Below are positions 44,815 to 54,715 of a stretch of DNA of 64,000 bases, piece by piece. The DNA is from Candidatus Latescibacterota bacterium (GTDB lineage Bacteria > Latescibacterota > UBA2968 > UBA8231). The translations under genes and the position numbers were made by a program. Position 1 is the stretch's first letter; the number at the start of each line of letters is the position of its first letter. The notes beneath the pieces are model-generated. The model saw only the letters and a list, made by a program, of their open reading frames with translations, was not told the DNA's origin and did no database searches. Location of the stretch: NCBI GenBank assembly GCA_965204725.1, contig OZ242005.1:4816079-4880078 (forward strand). The letters run 5' to 3'.

Positions 44815-47800
44815 GTGAACCAAAGATCTATCTTCTCAACATATCTGAACGACCTGACCGCCGTCGTCCGGCAGGGCGACGCACGGGAGGAGAGCTTCTA
44901 CCCGGCACTGGCGGATATGCTCAGGGAAACGGCTCGCGCCACCGGGCGGACACACGTACACGTCACCACACTGCCCAAGCCCACTGAGGGCGGCAACCCG
45001 GACTTCCGGTTGTGGAATGGGACGGATCGCATCGTGGGCTATGTCGAGGCCAAGAAGCCGACGGAGGAGCGGTTGGATCTCGTCGAGAACTCCGAACAAC
45101 TCAAACGCTACCGTTCAACGTTTCCCAATCTCATCCTCACCAACTTTCTCGAGTTCCGCCTGTATCGCGATGGCGAGCGCGTGGACGCGGTCAGCGTTGG
45201 TCGGCCTTCGGTGCTCAACGCGCTGGGCACAACGCCGCCGCTGGAAAATCAAGCCGAACTCGCCGCTCTTCTCGACCGCTTTCTCGACTTTGCGCTGCCC
45301 TCGATGTTCACCGCCGAATCCTTCGCCGTTGAACTGGCAAAACGCACACGCCTGCTCCGCGATGTGATCGGCGAGCAGTTTGAGCAGGAACGCAACGCGC
45401 CCAAGATGCTCTCCGGTTTCTTCGAGGCGTTTCAGACTTATCTCATCGGGTCGCTGACAACGGACGATTTCGCCGATCTGTTCGCGCAGACGATAGCCTA
45501 CGGCCTGTTTGCCGCTCGCACTCGGGCTGGGGATGGATTCAACCGCCGCGTTGCGTTCGACAATATCCCACACACCATCGGCGTCTTGCGCGACCTGTTC
45601 CGCTACATCTCGCTCGACGAATTGCCCGCCCCACTCGCTTGGTGTGTGGATGACCTCGCCGAGGTGCTATCCGTGGCCGACGCGCCGGGCATTCTGGACA
45701 GCTACTACCGCGAGGGCAAGGGCGGCGATCCCATCGTGCATTTTTACGAGACGTTCTTGGCGCAATACGATCCCGACGAGCGCGAGCGGCGAGGGGTTTA
45801 TTACACGCCCGAACCGGTCGTTGGGTACATCGTCCGTTCCCTAAATGGCCTGCTCAAAACCGAATTTGACAAACGCGACGGCCTCGCTTCGGATGGCGTT
45901 ATGTTGCTCGATCCAGCAGCCGGGACGATGACCTTTGTCGCCCGTGCGGCGCAACAGGCGGTTGCCGAGTTTGAGGAGAAATACGGCAGTGGCGGCCGGG
46001 CGGACTTCATCCGTCGGCACATCCTTGAGAATTTCTACGCGCTGGAGTTGATGATGGCTCCTTACGCGGTCGGCCATCTCAAGATGAGCTTCTTCTTAGA
46101 GGAACTCGGGCACCGCCTCGCCGATGACGAGCGGGTGCCCTTTTATCTCACAAATACGCTCGACATGGAGGAACTAGAGGAAAGCCGGTTGCCCGGCCTG
46201 TCCGCACTGGCCGAGGAGTCCCGTTTGGCTGGCGCGGTTAAGAAACAGACGCCGATCTTGGTCATCTTGGGCAATCCGCCCTATTCGGGGCATTCGAGCA
46301 ACACAGGCGATTGGATTACGGAGTTAATCAACGATTACAAGCAGGTGGATGGAGAGCCGTTGGGAGAGAGAAATCTGAAATGGTTGCAAGATGACTATGT
46401 CAAGTTCCTACGTTTTGCCCAGTGGAAAGTAGAACAAGCCGGTCGCGGCGTCGTGGGGATGATCACCAACCACAGTTATCTCGATAACCCGACGTTTCGC
46501 GGGATGCGACAGAGTCTGATGCAGACTTTCGATGACATTTACATCCTCGACTTGCACGGCAATTCGCTGAAAAAGGAAACCAGTCCAGATGGTAGCCCTG
46601 ATCAAAATGTCTTTGACATCCGGCAAGGCGTGGCCATCGCCTTTTTCGTCAAGCGCGGCGAAGGTCGAGAATCGGAAGCCGTCGTCCAGCACGCCGAATG
46701 TTACGGAATGCGGGAGAGCAAGTATGAACGGCTCGACGCCCATGACCTCGGTAGCACCAAATGGCAACAAATAAATCCAGCATCGCCGTTCTATCTGTTC
46801 GTGCCCCGCGACGCCGCGCTTGAAGCCGAGTATCGTCGGTTCCTTTCTATTCCCGAAGTATTTTCTATCTCCGAAGTATTTCCGATCAACAGCGTCGGCG
46901 TTGTAACCGCCCGCGACCGTCTGACAATCCATTGGTCTGAGCAAGAGACATGGGATACGGTGCGGGCTTTTTTAGAGATGGACCCGGAACTAGCTCGGCA
47001 GGGATATAAACTCGGCGACGATACGCAAGAGTGGAAAGTGACGATGGCGCAAAAGGACTTGCGGGATTCCGGCCCGAAACGTGAGAATGTGATTCCGCTC
47101 CTGTATCGGCCCTTTGACGTGCGCCATACCTATTACACCGGCCACTCGCGGGGATTCATCTGTAGGCCCCGTTCCGAAGTCATGCGGCACATGTTGGCTG
47201 GGGGGAATCTGGCGTTGTGTGTTGGGCGTCAAGGGCAGGTTATCGGCGCGGGCGAGTGGAATTTGGTCTATTGCTCGCAGAACATAGGGGATCTTAACTT
47301 GTTCTACCGCGGCGGAAACGTGAACTTCCCTCTCTACCTCTATCCCACCGCTGACCGCGACGACCTTTTCGCGCAACACGAATCGTCCGAGCGTCAGCCG
47401 AATCTGAGTCCCAAACTGGTTGAGATGCTTGAGGAAGCACATGGTCAAGCGCCCTCGCCCGAAGCGATCTTTTACTACACATATTCAGTCTTGCACGCGC
47501 CTGCGTACCGCGAGAAATACGCCGAATTTCTGCGGATCGATTTCCCCCGCATCCCGTTCACAAAGGACAGCGCGTTGTTCGCCAAACTCGCCGAACTCGG
47601 TGAGCGATTGGTCGGCCTACACCTGCTCACGTCGCCCGAACTCGACCCACCGGCCTGTCGCTTTGACGGCGAAGGCGACGCGGTTGTCGCACGGACGAAG
47701 GCGCAGGGCTTTCGCTATGACGCCGATGAGCAACGCATGTACGTCAACAAGACGCAGTACTTCGGCCCCGTCCCCCCAGCGGTTTACGCCTACCCCATCG

Positions 47801-48006
47801 GCGGCTACCAAGTCTGCAACAAATGGTTGAAAGATCGCAAAGATCGCCGCCTCACCCTCGACGACATCCGCACCTACTGCCGGATGGTAACAGCCATCGG
47901 GCTGACGCTCGATATTCAGCAAGAACTTGACGTGGTATATGGCGGTGTGGAGAATAGCTGTGTGTCGGTTGGGGCCGAAACAATCACCGAAAGGGGCTTG
48001 ACATGA
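44815..48006 (+). CDS. Single-chain restriction-modification enzyme, MmeI-like (type IIL/IIG): PD-(D/E)XK nuclease + gamma-class N6-adenine methyltransferase + C-terminal specificity region
   Basis: Contains GNPDFRLW...VGYVEAKKP (a D-x13-ExK nuclease motif), LLDPAAGTMTF (SAM motif I) and ILGNPPYSG (motif IV NPPY). The C-terminal LHAPAYREKYAEFLRIDFPRIPF block is seen in type ISP/PglX/MmeI-like proteins. I moved the start to GTG 44815, because the track start at 44680 overlaps the 59-aa ORF in another frame. Confidence 0.65.
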   Translation: MNQRSIFSTYLNDLTAVVRQGDAREESFYPALADMLRETARATGRTHVHVTTLPKPTEGGNPDFRLWNGTDRIVGYVEAKKPTEERLDLVENSEQLKRYRSTFPNLILTNFLEFRLYRDGERVDAVSVGRPSVLNALGTTPPLENQAELAALLDRFLDFALPSMFTAESFAVELAKRTRLLRDVIGEQFEQERNAPKMLSGFFEAFQTYLIGSLTTDDFADLFAQTIAYGLFAARTRAGDGFNRRVAFDNIPHTIGVLRDLFRYISLDELPAPLAWCVDDLAEVLSVADAPGILDSYYREGKGGDPIVHFYETFLAQYDPDERERRGVYYTPEPVVGYIVRSLNGLLKTEFDKRDGLASDGVMLLDPAAGTMTFVARAAQQAVAEFEEKYGSGGRADFIRRHILENFYALELMMAPYAVGHLKMSFFLEELGHRLADDERVPFYLTNTLDMEELEESRLPGLSALAEESRLAGAVKKQTPILVILGNPPYSGHSSNTGDWITELINDYKQVDGEPLGERNLKWLQDDYVKFLRFAQWKVEQAGRGVVGMITNHSYLDNPTFRGMRQSLMQTFDDIYILDLHGNSLKKETSPDGSPDQNVFDIRQGVAIAFFVKRGEGRESEAVVQHAECYGMRESKYERLDAHDLGSTKWQQINPASPFYLFVPRDAALEAEYRRFLSIPEVFSISEVFPINSVGVVTARDRLTIHWSEQETWDTVRAFLEMDPELARQGYKLGDDTQEWKVTMAQKDLRDSGPKRENVIPLLYRPFDVRHTYYTGHSRGFICRPRSEVMRHMLAGGNLALCVGRQGQVIGAGEWNLVYCSQNIGDLNLFYRGGNVNFPLYLYPTADRDDLFAQHESSERQPNLSPKLVEMLEEAHGQAPSPEAIFYYTYSVLHAPAYREKYAEFLRIDFPRIPFTKDSALFAKLAELGERLVGLHLLTSPELDPPACRFDGEGDAVVARTKAQGFRYDADEQRMYVNKTQYFGPVPPAVYAYPIGGYQVCNKWLKDRKDRRLTLDDIRTYCRMVTAIGLTLDIQQELDVVYGGVENSCVSVGAETITERGLT

Positions 48007-48125
48007 TCACGCAACAGAAGGTATGGAACAGCCGGAAATGTTGCGCTGGGACTAGACATGCCATAGAGGAGTCTAAATTTATTTTTACCTTAAACTAACG
48101 GCTTTTCTGCTTTCTTTCCCTTCTC

Positions 48126-49040
48126 ATGCCCTTTCGTCGAGCCTCCGCCCCCACGCCAACCTGCTACCGCGACCGCCGAACCGGGGCGATAGTCGAAGAG
48201 CGCGTTCCGGGGGAGTCGCTCCTCCGCTGGTTCTACGGCACGAGCACGGGGCATCTTGTTTTTCGCGCTGTCCTCAACCGGCCCCTTTGCTCTCGCCTCT
48301 ATGGCTGGTGGCAGCAAAGCCCTTGGACCCGGCGTCAAATCCGCCGCTTTGTCGAGCACTACCGCATTGACCTCGACGAAATCGAACATCCTCTCAGCCA
48401 CTATTCGAGCTTCAACGACTTTTTCATTCGCCGCCTCAAGCCCGGCGCTAGGCCCTGCGACCCCGACCCCAAGCGCCTGTGTTGCCCAGCCGATGGCAAG
48501 GTTCTCGTCTATCCGCAGCTCGCAGCCGAGGAGGGGTTGCCGGTCAAAAGCAGCCAACTCTCAGCCTGTGCGCTCCTAGCCGCAGCAATCGATCCCACCC
48601 CGTATCGCGGCGGTTCCGCCCTCGTCGTGCGTCTCGCCCCCTACGACTATCACCGCTTCCACTTTCCAGCCGACGGCCAAGTCAGTCAGACGCAGTGGAT
48701 CGACGGCACTTACCACTCGGTCAATCCAATCGCCCTCGCCCGCGTACCCGATGTTTTCCACCGCAACCGGCGCTCGGTCTGCGAGCTGGCGACGCCCGCC
48801 TTCGGCAGGATTGCCTATATCGAGGTCGGGGCCATCAACGTCGCCAGCATCGTCCAGACGCATTCGATAGGGCCTTGTGAGCGCGGCCAAGAAAAGGGCT
48901 TTTTCCAGTTCGGCGGCTCGACCGTGGTGCTGCTTTTTGAGCCGGGGGCGATTGCCTTTGACAGCGACCTAGTGGCCGACTCCGCGGCTGGCCTAGAGGT
49001 ACACGTCCGCACCGGGGCCGGCGTCGGGGACCGCGCTTGA
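48126..49040 (+). CDS. psd: Phosphatidylserine decarboxylase proenzyme
   Basis: Contains YDYHRFHFP and the self-cleavage region FQFGGSTVVLLFE (GST motif). Confidence 0.85.
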   Translation: MPFRRASAPTPTCYRDRRTGAIVEERVPGESLLRWFYGTSTGHLVFRAVLNRPLCSRLYGWWQQSPWTRRQIRRFVEHYRIDLDEIEHPLSHYSSFNDFFIRRLKPGARPCDPDPKRLCCPADGKVLVYPQLAAEEGLPVKSSQLSACALLAAAIDPTPYRGGSALVVRLAPYDYHRFHFPADGQVSQTQWIDGTYHSVNPIALARVPDVFHRNRRSVCELATPAFGRIAYIEVGAINVASIVQTHSIGPCERGQEKGFFQFGGSTVVLLFEPGAIAFDSDLVADSAAGLEVHVRTGAGVGDRA

Positions 49041-49102
49041 CCCGCTCCGGGCGCTTAAGCAAATTTCCCGCCCTTCAACCCCTTACCTTCTGGAGGCTAC
49101 TT

Positions 49103-50083
49103 ATGTCCCTGCAAATGCGCGTGGGCTTGGGCCAGTTCAACGAACTCACCGACGAGAAACTCGCCTTTATCAAGCAGATGGGCTGCGACGATTTCCTGAT
49201 GAATACCCCCAAACTCCCCGGCGATAAGCAGTGGGAATACAGCGACTTGGCCGCCCTCAAAAAGCGGGCTGACGACGCCGAGCTGCGCCTAATGGCACTG
49301 GAAAACGTCCCCACATCGTTTTACGACAAAATCATGCTCGGCCAAGCCGGGCGCGAAGAACAGCTCCAGTTTATGATCAACACCGTGCGGAATATGGGCC
49401 GGGCTGGCATCCCGATCCTCGGCTACCACTGGATTCCCAACAGCGTCTGGCGCACGCCCGAGCCAGCGACCTTGCGCGGCGGCGCCCGCGCCACTCGCTT
49501 TACCCTCGCCGAACACGACCCCGAGGAACGGACTCACGGCCGCGTCTTCACCCACGAGGAGATGTGGGAAAACTACTGCTGGTATTTGGAGCGCGTCCTG
49601 CCCGTCGCCGAGGAAGCCAATGTGCGCCTAGCCCTGCACCCGGACGACCCACCCACCGGCACGACTCTCGGCGGTATAGCGCGGATATGCAGCTCTTTCG
49701 ACGACTTCAAGCGCAACATGGACACCTTCAACAGCCCGCATCACGGCCTCGACTTCTGCATGGGGTGCTGGTCGGAGATGGGCGGCCACGACAACGTCAT
49801 CCGCGCCATCCGCTACTTCGGCGGCCAAAAGAAGATCATCTACATCCACTTTCGCGACGTCATCGGGTCGGTAGAAGACTTCCACGAGACCTTCATCGAC
49901 TGCGGCCAAGTCGATACCTTTGAGGTCGTCAAGACGCTCAAGGCAGTCGGTTTCAACGGCTTTATGATCACGGATCACGTGCCTCATGTTGTCGATGACT
50001 CGCCTTGGGGGCACCGGGGACGCGCCCATTGCGTGGGCTTCATGCAGGCCCTCATCCAAGTGGTCAACAAGCTCGGCGCGTGA
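49103..50083 (+). CDS. Mannonate dehydratase (UxuA)-family protein, copy 2
   Basis: Contains IYIHFRDVIGSVEDFHETFIDCGQVD...GFNGFMITDHVP, parallel to 39951..40928. I moved the start to ATG 49103, with GGAGG upstream. Confidence 0.7.
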   Translation: MSLQMRVGLGQFNELTDEKLAFIKQMGCDDFLMNTPKLPGDKQWEYSDLAALKKRADDAELRLMALENVPTSFYDKIMLGQAGREEQLQFMINTVRNMGRAGIPILGYHWIPNSVWRTPEPATLRGGARATRFTLAEHDPEERTHGRVFTHEEMWENYCWYLERVLPVAEEANVRLALHPDDPPTGTTLGGIARICSSFDDFKRNMDTFNSPHHGLDFCMGCWSEMGGHDNVIRAIRYFGGQKKIIYIHFRDVIGSVEDFHETFIDCGQVDTFEVVKTLKAVGFNGFMITDHVPHVVDDSPWGHRGRAHCVGFMQALIQVVNKLGA

Positions 50084-50126
50084 CCCAAATCGCCACGGCG
50101 CGACCGCTGTACCCCGCTGCGTCCGG

Positions 50127-50171
50127 GATCGAGGGCGTCCCGCCCTCGACGAGGGCAAGATGCCCTCGATC
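50127..50171. repeat. 45-nt nested palindromic element built from four CGAGGGC/GCCCTCG arms
   Basis: Sequence is GATCGAGGGCG-TCC-CGCCCTCGA-C-GAGGGCA-AGA-TGCCCTCGATC. Arms 1:2 and 3:4 pair, or alternatively 1:4. Confidence 0.75.
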
Positions 50172-50222
50172 CTTGGGAGGCTGGTGTCTGGTGTCGTGTA
50201 ATAAAAAGCCACCCTTTCACCA

Positions 50223-51140
50223 ATGAACGCCAACCGACCAGCCGGTGCCAGCGGCGATCTCCTGCTCCTGCTCACGGCCTTGATCTGGGGCTTCGCCTTC
50301 GTCGCCCAACGCGCCGGCATGGAGCACGTCGGCCCCTTCTTTTTTAATGGCGTGCGCTTTGCCCTCGGCTGCTTGCCGCTGTTGCCCTTTGTCCTGCGAA
50401 CCACCACCGCGCCGCTCGCATCCCGCTTCCGGCGCGCCGTCCCGGGCGGCCTGCTCGCCGGGCTTTTCCTGTTTGTCGCCGCTTCCCTGCAACAGGTCGG
50501 CATCGTCTCGACTACGGCCGGCAAGGCCGGGTTCATCACCGGGCTATACGTAATTCTGGTGCCGATTCTCGCCCTGTTGCTGCGGCATCGCAGCCGCAGC
50601 AGCACTTGGACCGGCGCGCTGGTGGCGACCGCCGGCCTGTACCTGCTGAGCGTGGAGCCGCCACTGGCCATTGCCCGCGGCGACGCGCTCGTGCTCGTCA
50701 GCGCGTTCTTTTGGGCCGGGCACGTGCTGGTCATCGGCAACCTTTCGCGTCGGCTCGATTGGGCGATGCTGGCCTTTTTGCAGTTCCTCGTCTGCGCGCT
50801 CCTCAGCACGGCCCTCGCCCTCGGCACCGAGCCTATCGCCCTGCAACCGCTTGTCCAAGCGGCCGTACCCGTATTTTACGGGGGCGTCTTGTCGGTGGGG
50901 GTGGCCTATACCCTACAGGTAGTGGCTCAGCGGCGAGCGGCCCCCGGCCACGCAGCCATCATCCTCAGCCTAGAGACGGTTTTCGCCGCGTTGGGAGGGT
51001 GGCTTTTGCTGGACGAGGAAATGCCCTTGCGCGGGCTGGCCGGGTGTGGGCTGATGTTGGCGGGGATGCTGATCTCGCAGGTGGGATTGGGGCGGCGGGC
51101 CAAAACGCAGCGGCTTACCGCGACCGACCCGCCCCGGTGA
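50223..51140 (+). CDS. DMT-superfamily (EamA-type) transporter
   Basis: Ten hydrophobic helices and a duplicated EamA pattern (LLLLTALIWGFAFVAQR...). Confidence 0.8.
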   Translation: MNANRPAGASGDLLLLLTALIWGFAFVAQRAGMEHVGPFFFNGVRFALGCLPLLPFVLRTTTAPLASRFRRAVPGGLLAGLFLFVAASLQQVGIVSTTAGKAGFITGLYVILVPILALLLRHRSRSSTWTGALVATAGLYLLSVEPPLAIARGDALVLVSAFFWAGHVLVIGNLSRRLDWAMLAFLQFLVCALLSTALALGTEPIALQPLVQAAVPVFYGGVLSVGVAYTLQVVAQRRAAPGHAAIILSLETVFAALGGWLLLDEEMPLRGLAGCGLMLAGMLISQVGLGRRAKTQRLTATDPPR

Positions 51141-51218
51141 TAGCTTGCTCCCCCAACCCCCTTCTCCTACCTTCCCCAAGCCGTTGCCCCCCTACGCCCC
51201 TGTCGAGGGATTACCATC

Positions 51219-52430
51219 ATGGTCGACCGCCCCAAAATCGCCGCTATCAGCACCATTTTCCACAAATACTCCCACACCCAGCACATCGTCGATCGCTTCT
51301 TGGAAGGCTACGGCTGGAACGGCCGCCACCACCGGCCGGCGATGGACTTGGTCTCGCTCTACGTCGATCAGGTCGACCCCGACCCGGAGGCCGACCGCCC
51401 CGACCTGAGCCGCGACCGCCAAGCGCGCTTTCCGCAGCTAACGATCTATCCGACCGTGGCCGACGCCCTGACGCTGGGCGGCTCAACCCTCGCCGTGGAT
51501 GGCGTCCTGCTCATCGGCGAGCACGGCCGCTACGGCCACAATGAAAAGGGCCAGCACCTCTACCCGCGCTACGAGCTGTTCAAACAAATCGCCTCGGTCT
51601 ATCGCACGACCGGCAAGAGCGCGCCCGTGTTCAACGACAAGCATCTTTCTTGGAACTGGGACTGGTGCCAAGCGATGTACGATGTTGCGCAAGAGCTCGA
51701 TTTCGCCTTTATGGCCGGTTCTTCGCTGCCCGTTACTTGGCGCACCCCGTCGCTCGACATGCCCCTCGGGGCCGAGGTTGAAGAAGCCGTCTGCGTCTGC
51801 TATGGCGGCGTTGATAGCTACGACTTCCACGGCTTGGAGACCGTACAGTGCATGGTCGAGCGCAGAAAGGGCGGCGAGACGGGCGTCAACCGGCTCCGGG
51901 CCTTTCGCGACGACCACTTCTGGCAGGCCCACGCCCAAGGGATGTGGTCGCCGGCGCTCTTTGCCGCCTGCCTGTGCCGCAGCCACACGCTCGCGCCAGC
52001 GAGGCCCGGGTTCAACAACCCCTTCCCCACCATCGACGAACTCAAGCACCTAGTCAAAAGCCCGGTCGCCTACCAGTACGAGCACGCCGATGGCCTCCGC
52101 TCGACCATGATCTTGATGAACGGACTCGTCGAAGATTTCAACTTCGCCGCTCGGCTCAATGGACGGGCCGAGCCGCTCTCGACGCAGATGTACTTGCCCA
52201 TGCCCCCGGCCCGCACCACGCTGGCCAACTTCTTCAGCCCGCTGGTCAACAACATTGAGCGGATGTTCCTGACCGGCCAAGCCTCCTATCCGGTTGAACG
52301 CACCCTGCTCACTTCGGGCTTGGTCATCGCCGGCGTCGATAGCCTCCACCAAGGCCAAGCCGCAGTCGAGACGCCCCATCTAAACATCGCCTACCAACCC
52401 ACCGCAGAATCTACCTTCTGGAGAACGTAG
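51219..52430 (+). CDS. Conserved hypothetical protein, tandem paralogue A
   Basis: 403 aa, clearly homologous along its full length to 52457..53638. Shared blocks include VSLYVDQ, IGEHG.Y..NEKGQ.LYPRYE.F, NDKHLS, AGSSLPVTWR and ERR.GGETG. Confidence 0.7.
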   Translation: MVDRPKIAAISTIFHKYSHTQHIVDRFLEGYGWNGRHHRPAMDLVSLYVDQVDPDPEADRPDLSRDRQARFPQLTIYPTVADALTLGGSTLAVDGVLLIGEHGRYGHNEKGQHLYPRYELFKQIASVYRTTGKSAPVFNDKHLSWNWDWCQAMYDVAQELDFAFMAGSSLPVTWRTPSLDMPLGAEVEEAVCVCYGGVDSYDFHGLETVQCMVERRKGGETGVNRLRAFRDDHFWQAHAQGMWSPALFAACLCRSHTLAPARPGFNNPFPTIDELKHLVKSPVAYQYEHADGLRSTMILMNGLVEDFNFAARLNGRAEPLSTQMYLPMPPARTTLANFFSPLVNNIERMFLTGQASYPVERTLLTSGLVIAGVDSLHQGQAAVETPHLNIAYQPTAESTFWRT

Positions 52431-52456
52431 CCTCTTTCCTTGGAGCCTTCCCACTC

Positions 52457-53638
52457 ATGGCCACCAAACGCATCGCCGTCATCGCCACCATCTATCGCTA
52501 TCTCTCGCACGCCCAGCACTTTGCCGACCGCTTCTTAGTCGGCTATCCCTACGGCGGTCGCTGGCAGCGCCCCGACTGCAAGATCGTCTCGCTCTACGTC
52601 GATCAGCAGCCCGAAGGCGACCAAAGCCAAGACCGGGCGCGCGAGTTCGGCTTTGCCGTGTACCCCACCATTGCCCAAGCCCTGCGCTGCGGCGGCGACG
52701 AACTCGCTTGCGACGCCGTCCTGATCATCGGCGAGCACGGCGAGTACCCCAACAACGAAAAGGGGCAAAAGCTCTACCCGCGCTACGAGTTTTTCAAAGA
52801 ATGCGTCCAAGTCTTTGAAGAAGACGGCCGCACCGCGCCCATCTACAACGACAAGCACCTCTCATACAGCTTCGACAAGGCACGCGAGATGGTCGCCGAT
52901 GGCCACCGGCTCGGCTTCCCAATTTTGGCCGGTTCCTCGCTGCCCGTAACTTGGCGTCTGCCCGATGTCGAGTTGCCTTTGGGCTGCCAGATCGAAGAGG
53001 CCCTAATGATCGGCTGCGGCGGCTCCGACCCGATGGACTACCACGCCCTAGAGGCCATGCAGTGCATGATCGAGCGCCGCTCCGGCGGCGAGACCGGGAT
53101 CCGAGCCGTTCAACTGATCGAAGGAGACGACGTGTGGAAAGCGGGCGAGGAGGGGCGTTATTCGTTGGAATTGCTCGAAGCCGCCCTCTCGCGCAGCGAC
53201 ACCCCGTGCGGCAAAACCGACGAGGACGGCCGCACCCAAGACTTGCTGGGCAACGGCGAGTTGCCGCGGCTCGTCAAGGAGCCAGCCGCGTACTTCATCG
53301 AGCACAACGACGGCCTCAAGACGACCCTGCTGATGCTCAACGGCGCCATCCGCGACTACTGCTTCGCCGGCAAGCTGGCGGGCGAAGACGCGCCCATCTC
53401 GACCCAGTTTTTCTTGCCGCCGACGCCCAACGTCACCTACTCGGCCTGTCTGGTCGCCAAGATATGGGAAATGATCGAGACCGGCCGCGCACCCTTTCCC
53501 GCCGAGCGCACCCTAATCGTCAGCGGCGCGCTCGAAAGCTGCCTGACCTCCAAGGTGGAGGGGCACAAGCGGCTCGAAACGCCTCATCTCAAGGTAGAGT
53601 ACCAAGCGCCTGCCGAGTCGCATCACGGCCGCTTTTAG
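52457..53638 (+). CDS. Conserved hypothetical protein, tandem paralogue B
   Basis: 393 aa; see paralogue A. Confidence 0.7.
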   Translation: MATKRIAVIATIYRYLSHAQHFADRFLVGYPYGGRWQRPDCKIVSLYVDQQPEGDQSQDRAREFGFAVYPTIAQALRCGGDELACDAVLIIGEHGEYPNNEKGQKLYPRYEFFKECVQVFEEDGRTAPIYNDKHLSYSFDKAREMVADGHRLGFPILAGSSLPVTWRLPDVELPLGCQIEEALMIGCGGSDPMDYHALEAMQCMIERRSGGETGIRAVQLIEGDDVWKAGEEGRYSLELLEAALSRSDTPCGKTDEDGRTQDLLGNGELPRLVKEPAAYFIEHNDGLKTTLLMLNGAIRDYCFAGKLAGEDAPISTQFFLPPTPNVTYSACLVAKIWEMIETGRAPFPAERTLIVSGALESCLTSKVEGHKRLETPHLKVEYQAPAESHHGRF

Positions 53639-53667
53639 TTGGAGCACATACAACGACACACCTGCAA

Positions 53668-54705
53668 ATGAAAGGAAGCATCATGCCTACCATCCCCACG
53701 CGCTCTTTGCGCACCGGCGTTGAGTTGAGCACCCTCGGCTTTGGCGGTGCCCCTTTGGGCGAGCTTTTCGATCCGGTCAGCGAAACCCAAGCCCAAGACA
53801 CCCTGCAAGCGGCTTGGGACGCCGGTATCCGCTACTACGACACCGCCCCGTTTTACGGCTATGGCAAAAGCGAGCACCGCCTCGGCCACTTTCTCCGCCA
53901 GCAGGAGCGCGGCGACTTCGTGCTCTCGACCAAGGTCGGCCGAGTGCTCACCGCCACCCGCAATCTCCATTCTTTCGAGCAGGGCTTCTGGATCGGCGGC
54001 CTGCCCTTTGACTTCCGCTTCGACTACGGGTACGATGGCATCATGCGCTCGTGGGAAGACAGCTTGCAGCGGCTGAGCCTCAACTCCATTGACCTGCTGT
54101 TGATCCACGACCTCGACAGCTTCTTCCACGACAGCGAGCAGCGCTTCTCCGCCCACCTCAACCGCCTGATCACCAGCGGCTGGCGCGCCCTCGACGAGCT
54201 GCGCTCCCACGGGCTGATCAAGGCCGTTGGTGCTGGCCTCAACCGCATGGGGGCCATGCCGCGCCTGCTCGACGGGGTGGACCTCGACTTCTGCATCGTC
54301 GCCATGCCCTATACGCTCTTGGACCAAGACTCTCTCGACGAGGAGTTTCCCCTCTGCGAGGAGCGCGACGTGCGCATCGTCATCGGCGCGGTTTTCGCTT
54401 CCGGCATCCTCGCCTCCGGCCCGGTCGAGGGTGCTCGCTACGCCTACGACACTGCGTCGCCCGAAATCCTCGCCAAGACTCGCCGCATCCAAGCCGTCTG
54501 CCAGCGGCACGATGTCCCCTTGCCGGCCGCGGCCATGCAGTTCCCGCTCGGGCACCCCCTCGTCGCGGCCATCATCCCCGGTGCCCTCGTCCCGGCGCAT
54601 GTCGAGACCAATGCCCAGTGGTTTAAGCACACCATACCAACCGATCTGTGGGCCGAGCTAAAGGCCGAGGGATTGTTGCGGGCAGATGCCCCGACGCCGA
54701 ACTAA
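53668..54705 (+). CDS. Aldo/keto reductase
   Basis: Contains LGFGGAPLG, IRYYDTAPFYGYGKSEHRLG and LLLIHD. Only the last roughly 345 codons of track ORF 52951..54705 are real. The start is either ATG 53668 or ATG 53683. Confidence 0.8.
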   Translation: MKGSIMPTIPTRSLRTGVELSTLGFGGAPLGELFDPVSETQAQDTLQAAWDAGIRYYDTAPFYGYGKSEHRLGHFLRQQERGDFVLSTKVGRVLTATRNLHSFEQGFWIGGLPFDFRFDYGYDGIMRSWEDSLQRLSLNSIDLLLIHDLDSFFHDSEQRFSAHLNRLITSGWRALDELRSHGLIKAVGAGLNRMGAMPRLLDGVDLDFCIVAMPYTLLDQDSLDEEFPLCEERDVRIVIGAVFASGILASGPVEGARYAYDTASPEILAKTRRIQAVCQRHDVPLPAAAMQFPLGHPLVAAIIPGALVPAHVETNAQWFKHTIPTDLWAELKAEGLLRADAPTPN

Positions 54706-54715
54706 GAGGTTGAGC

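Noticed and set aside
52951-53667. N-terminal roughly 240 codons of the 584-aa track ORF 52951..54705.
   Set aside because: This part overlaps the well-supported paralogue B gene in another frame and is Arg/Pro-rich. The aldo/keto reductase motifs begin only after the Met at 53668 or 53683.
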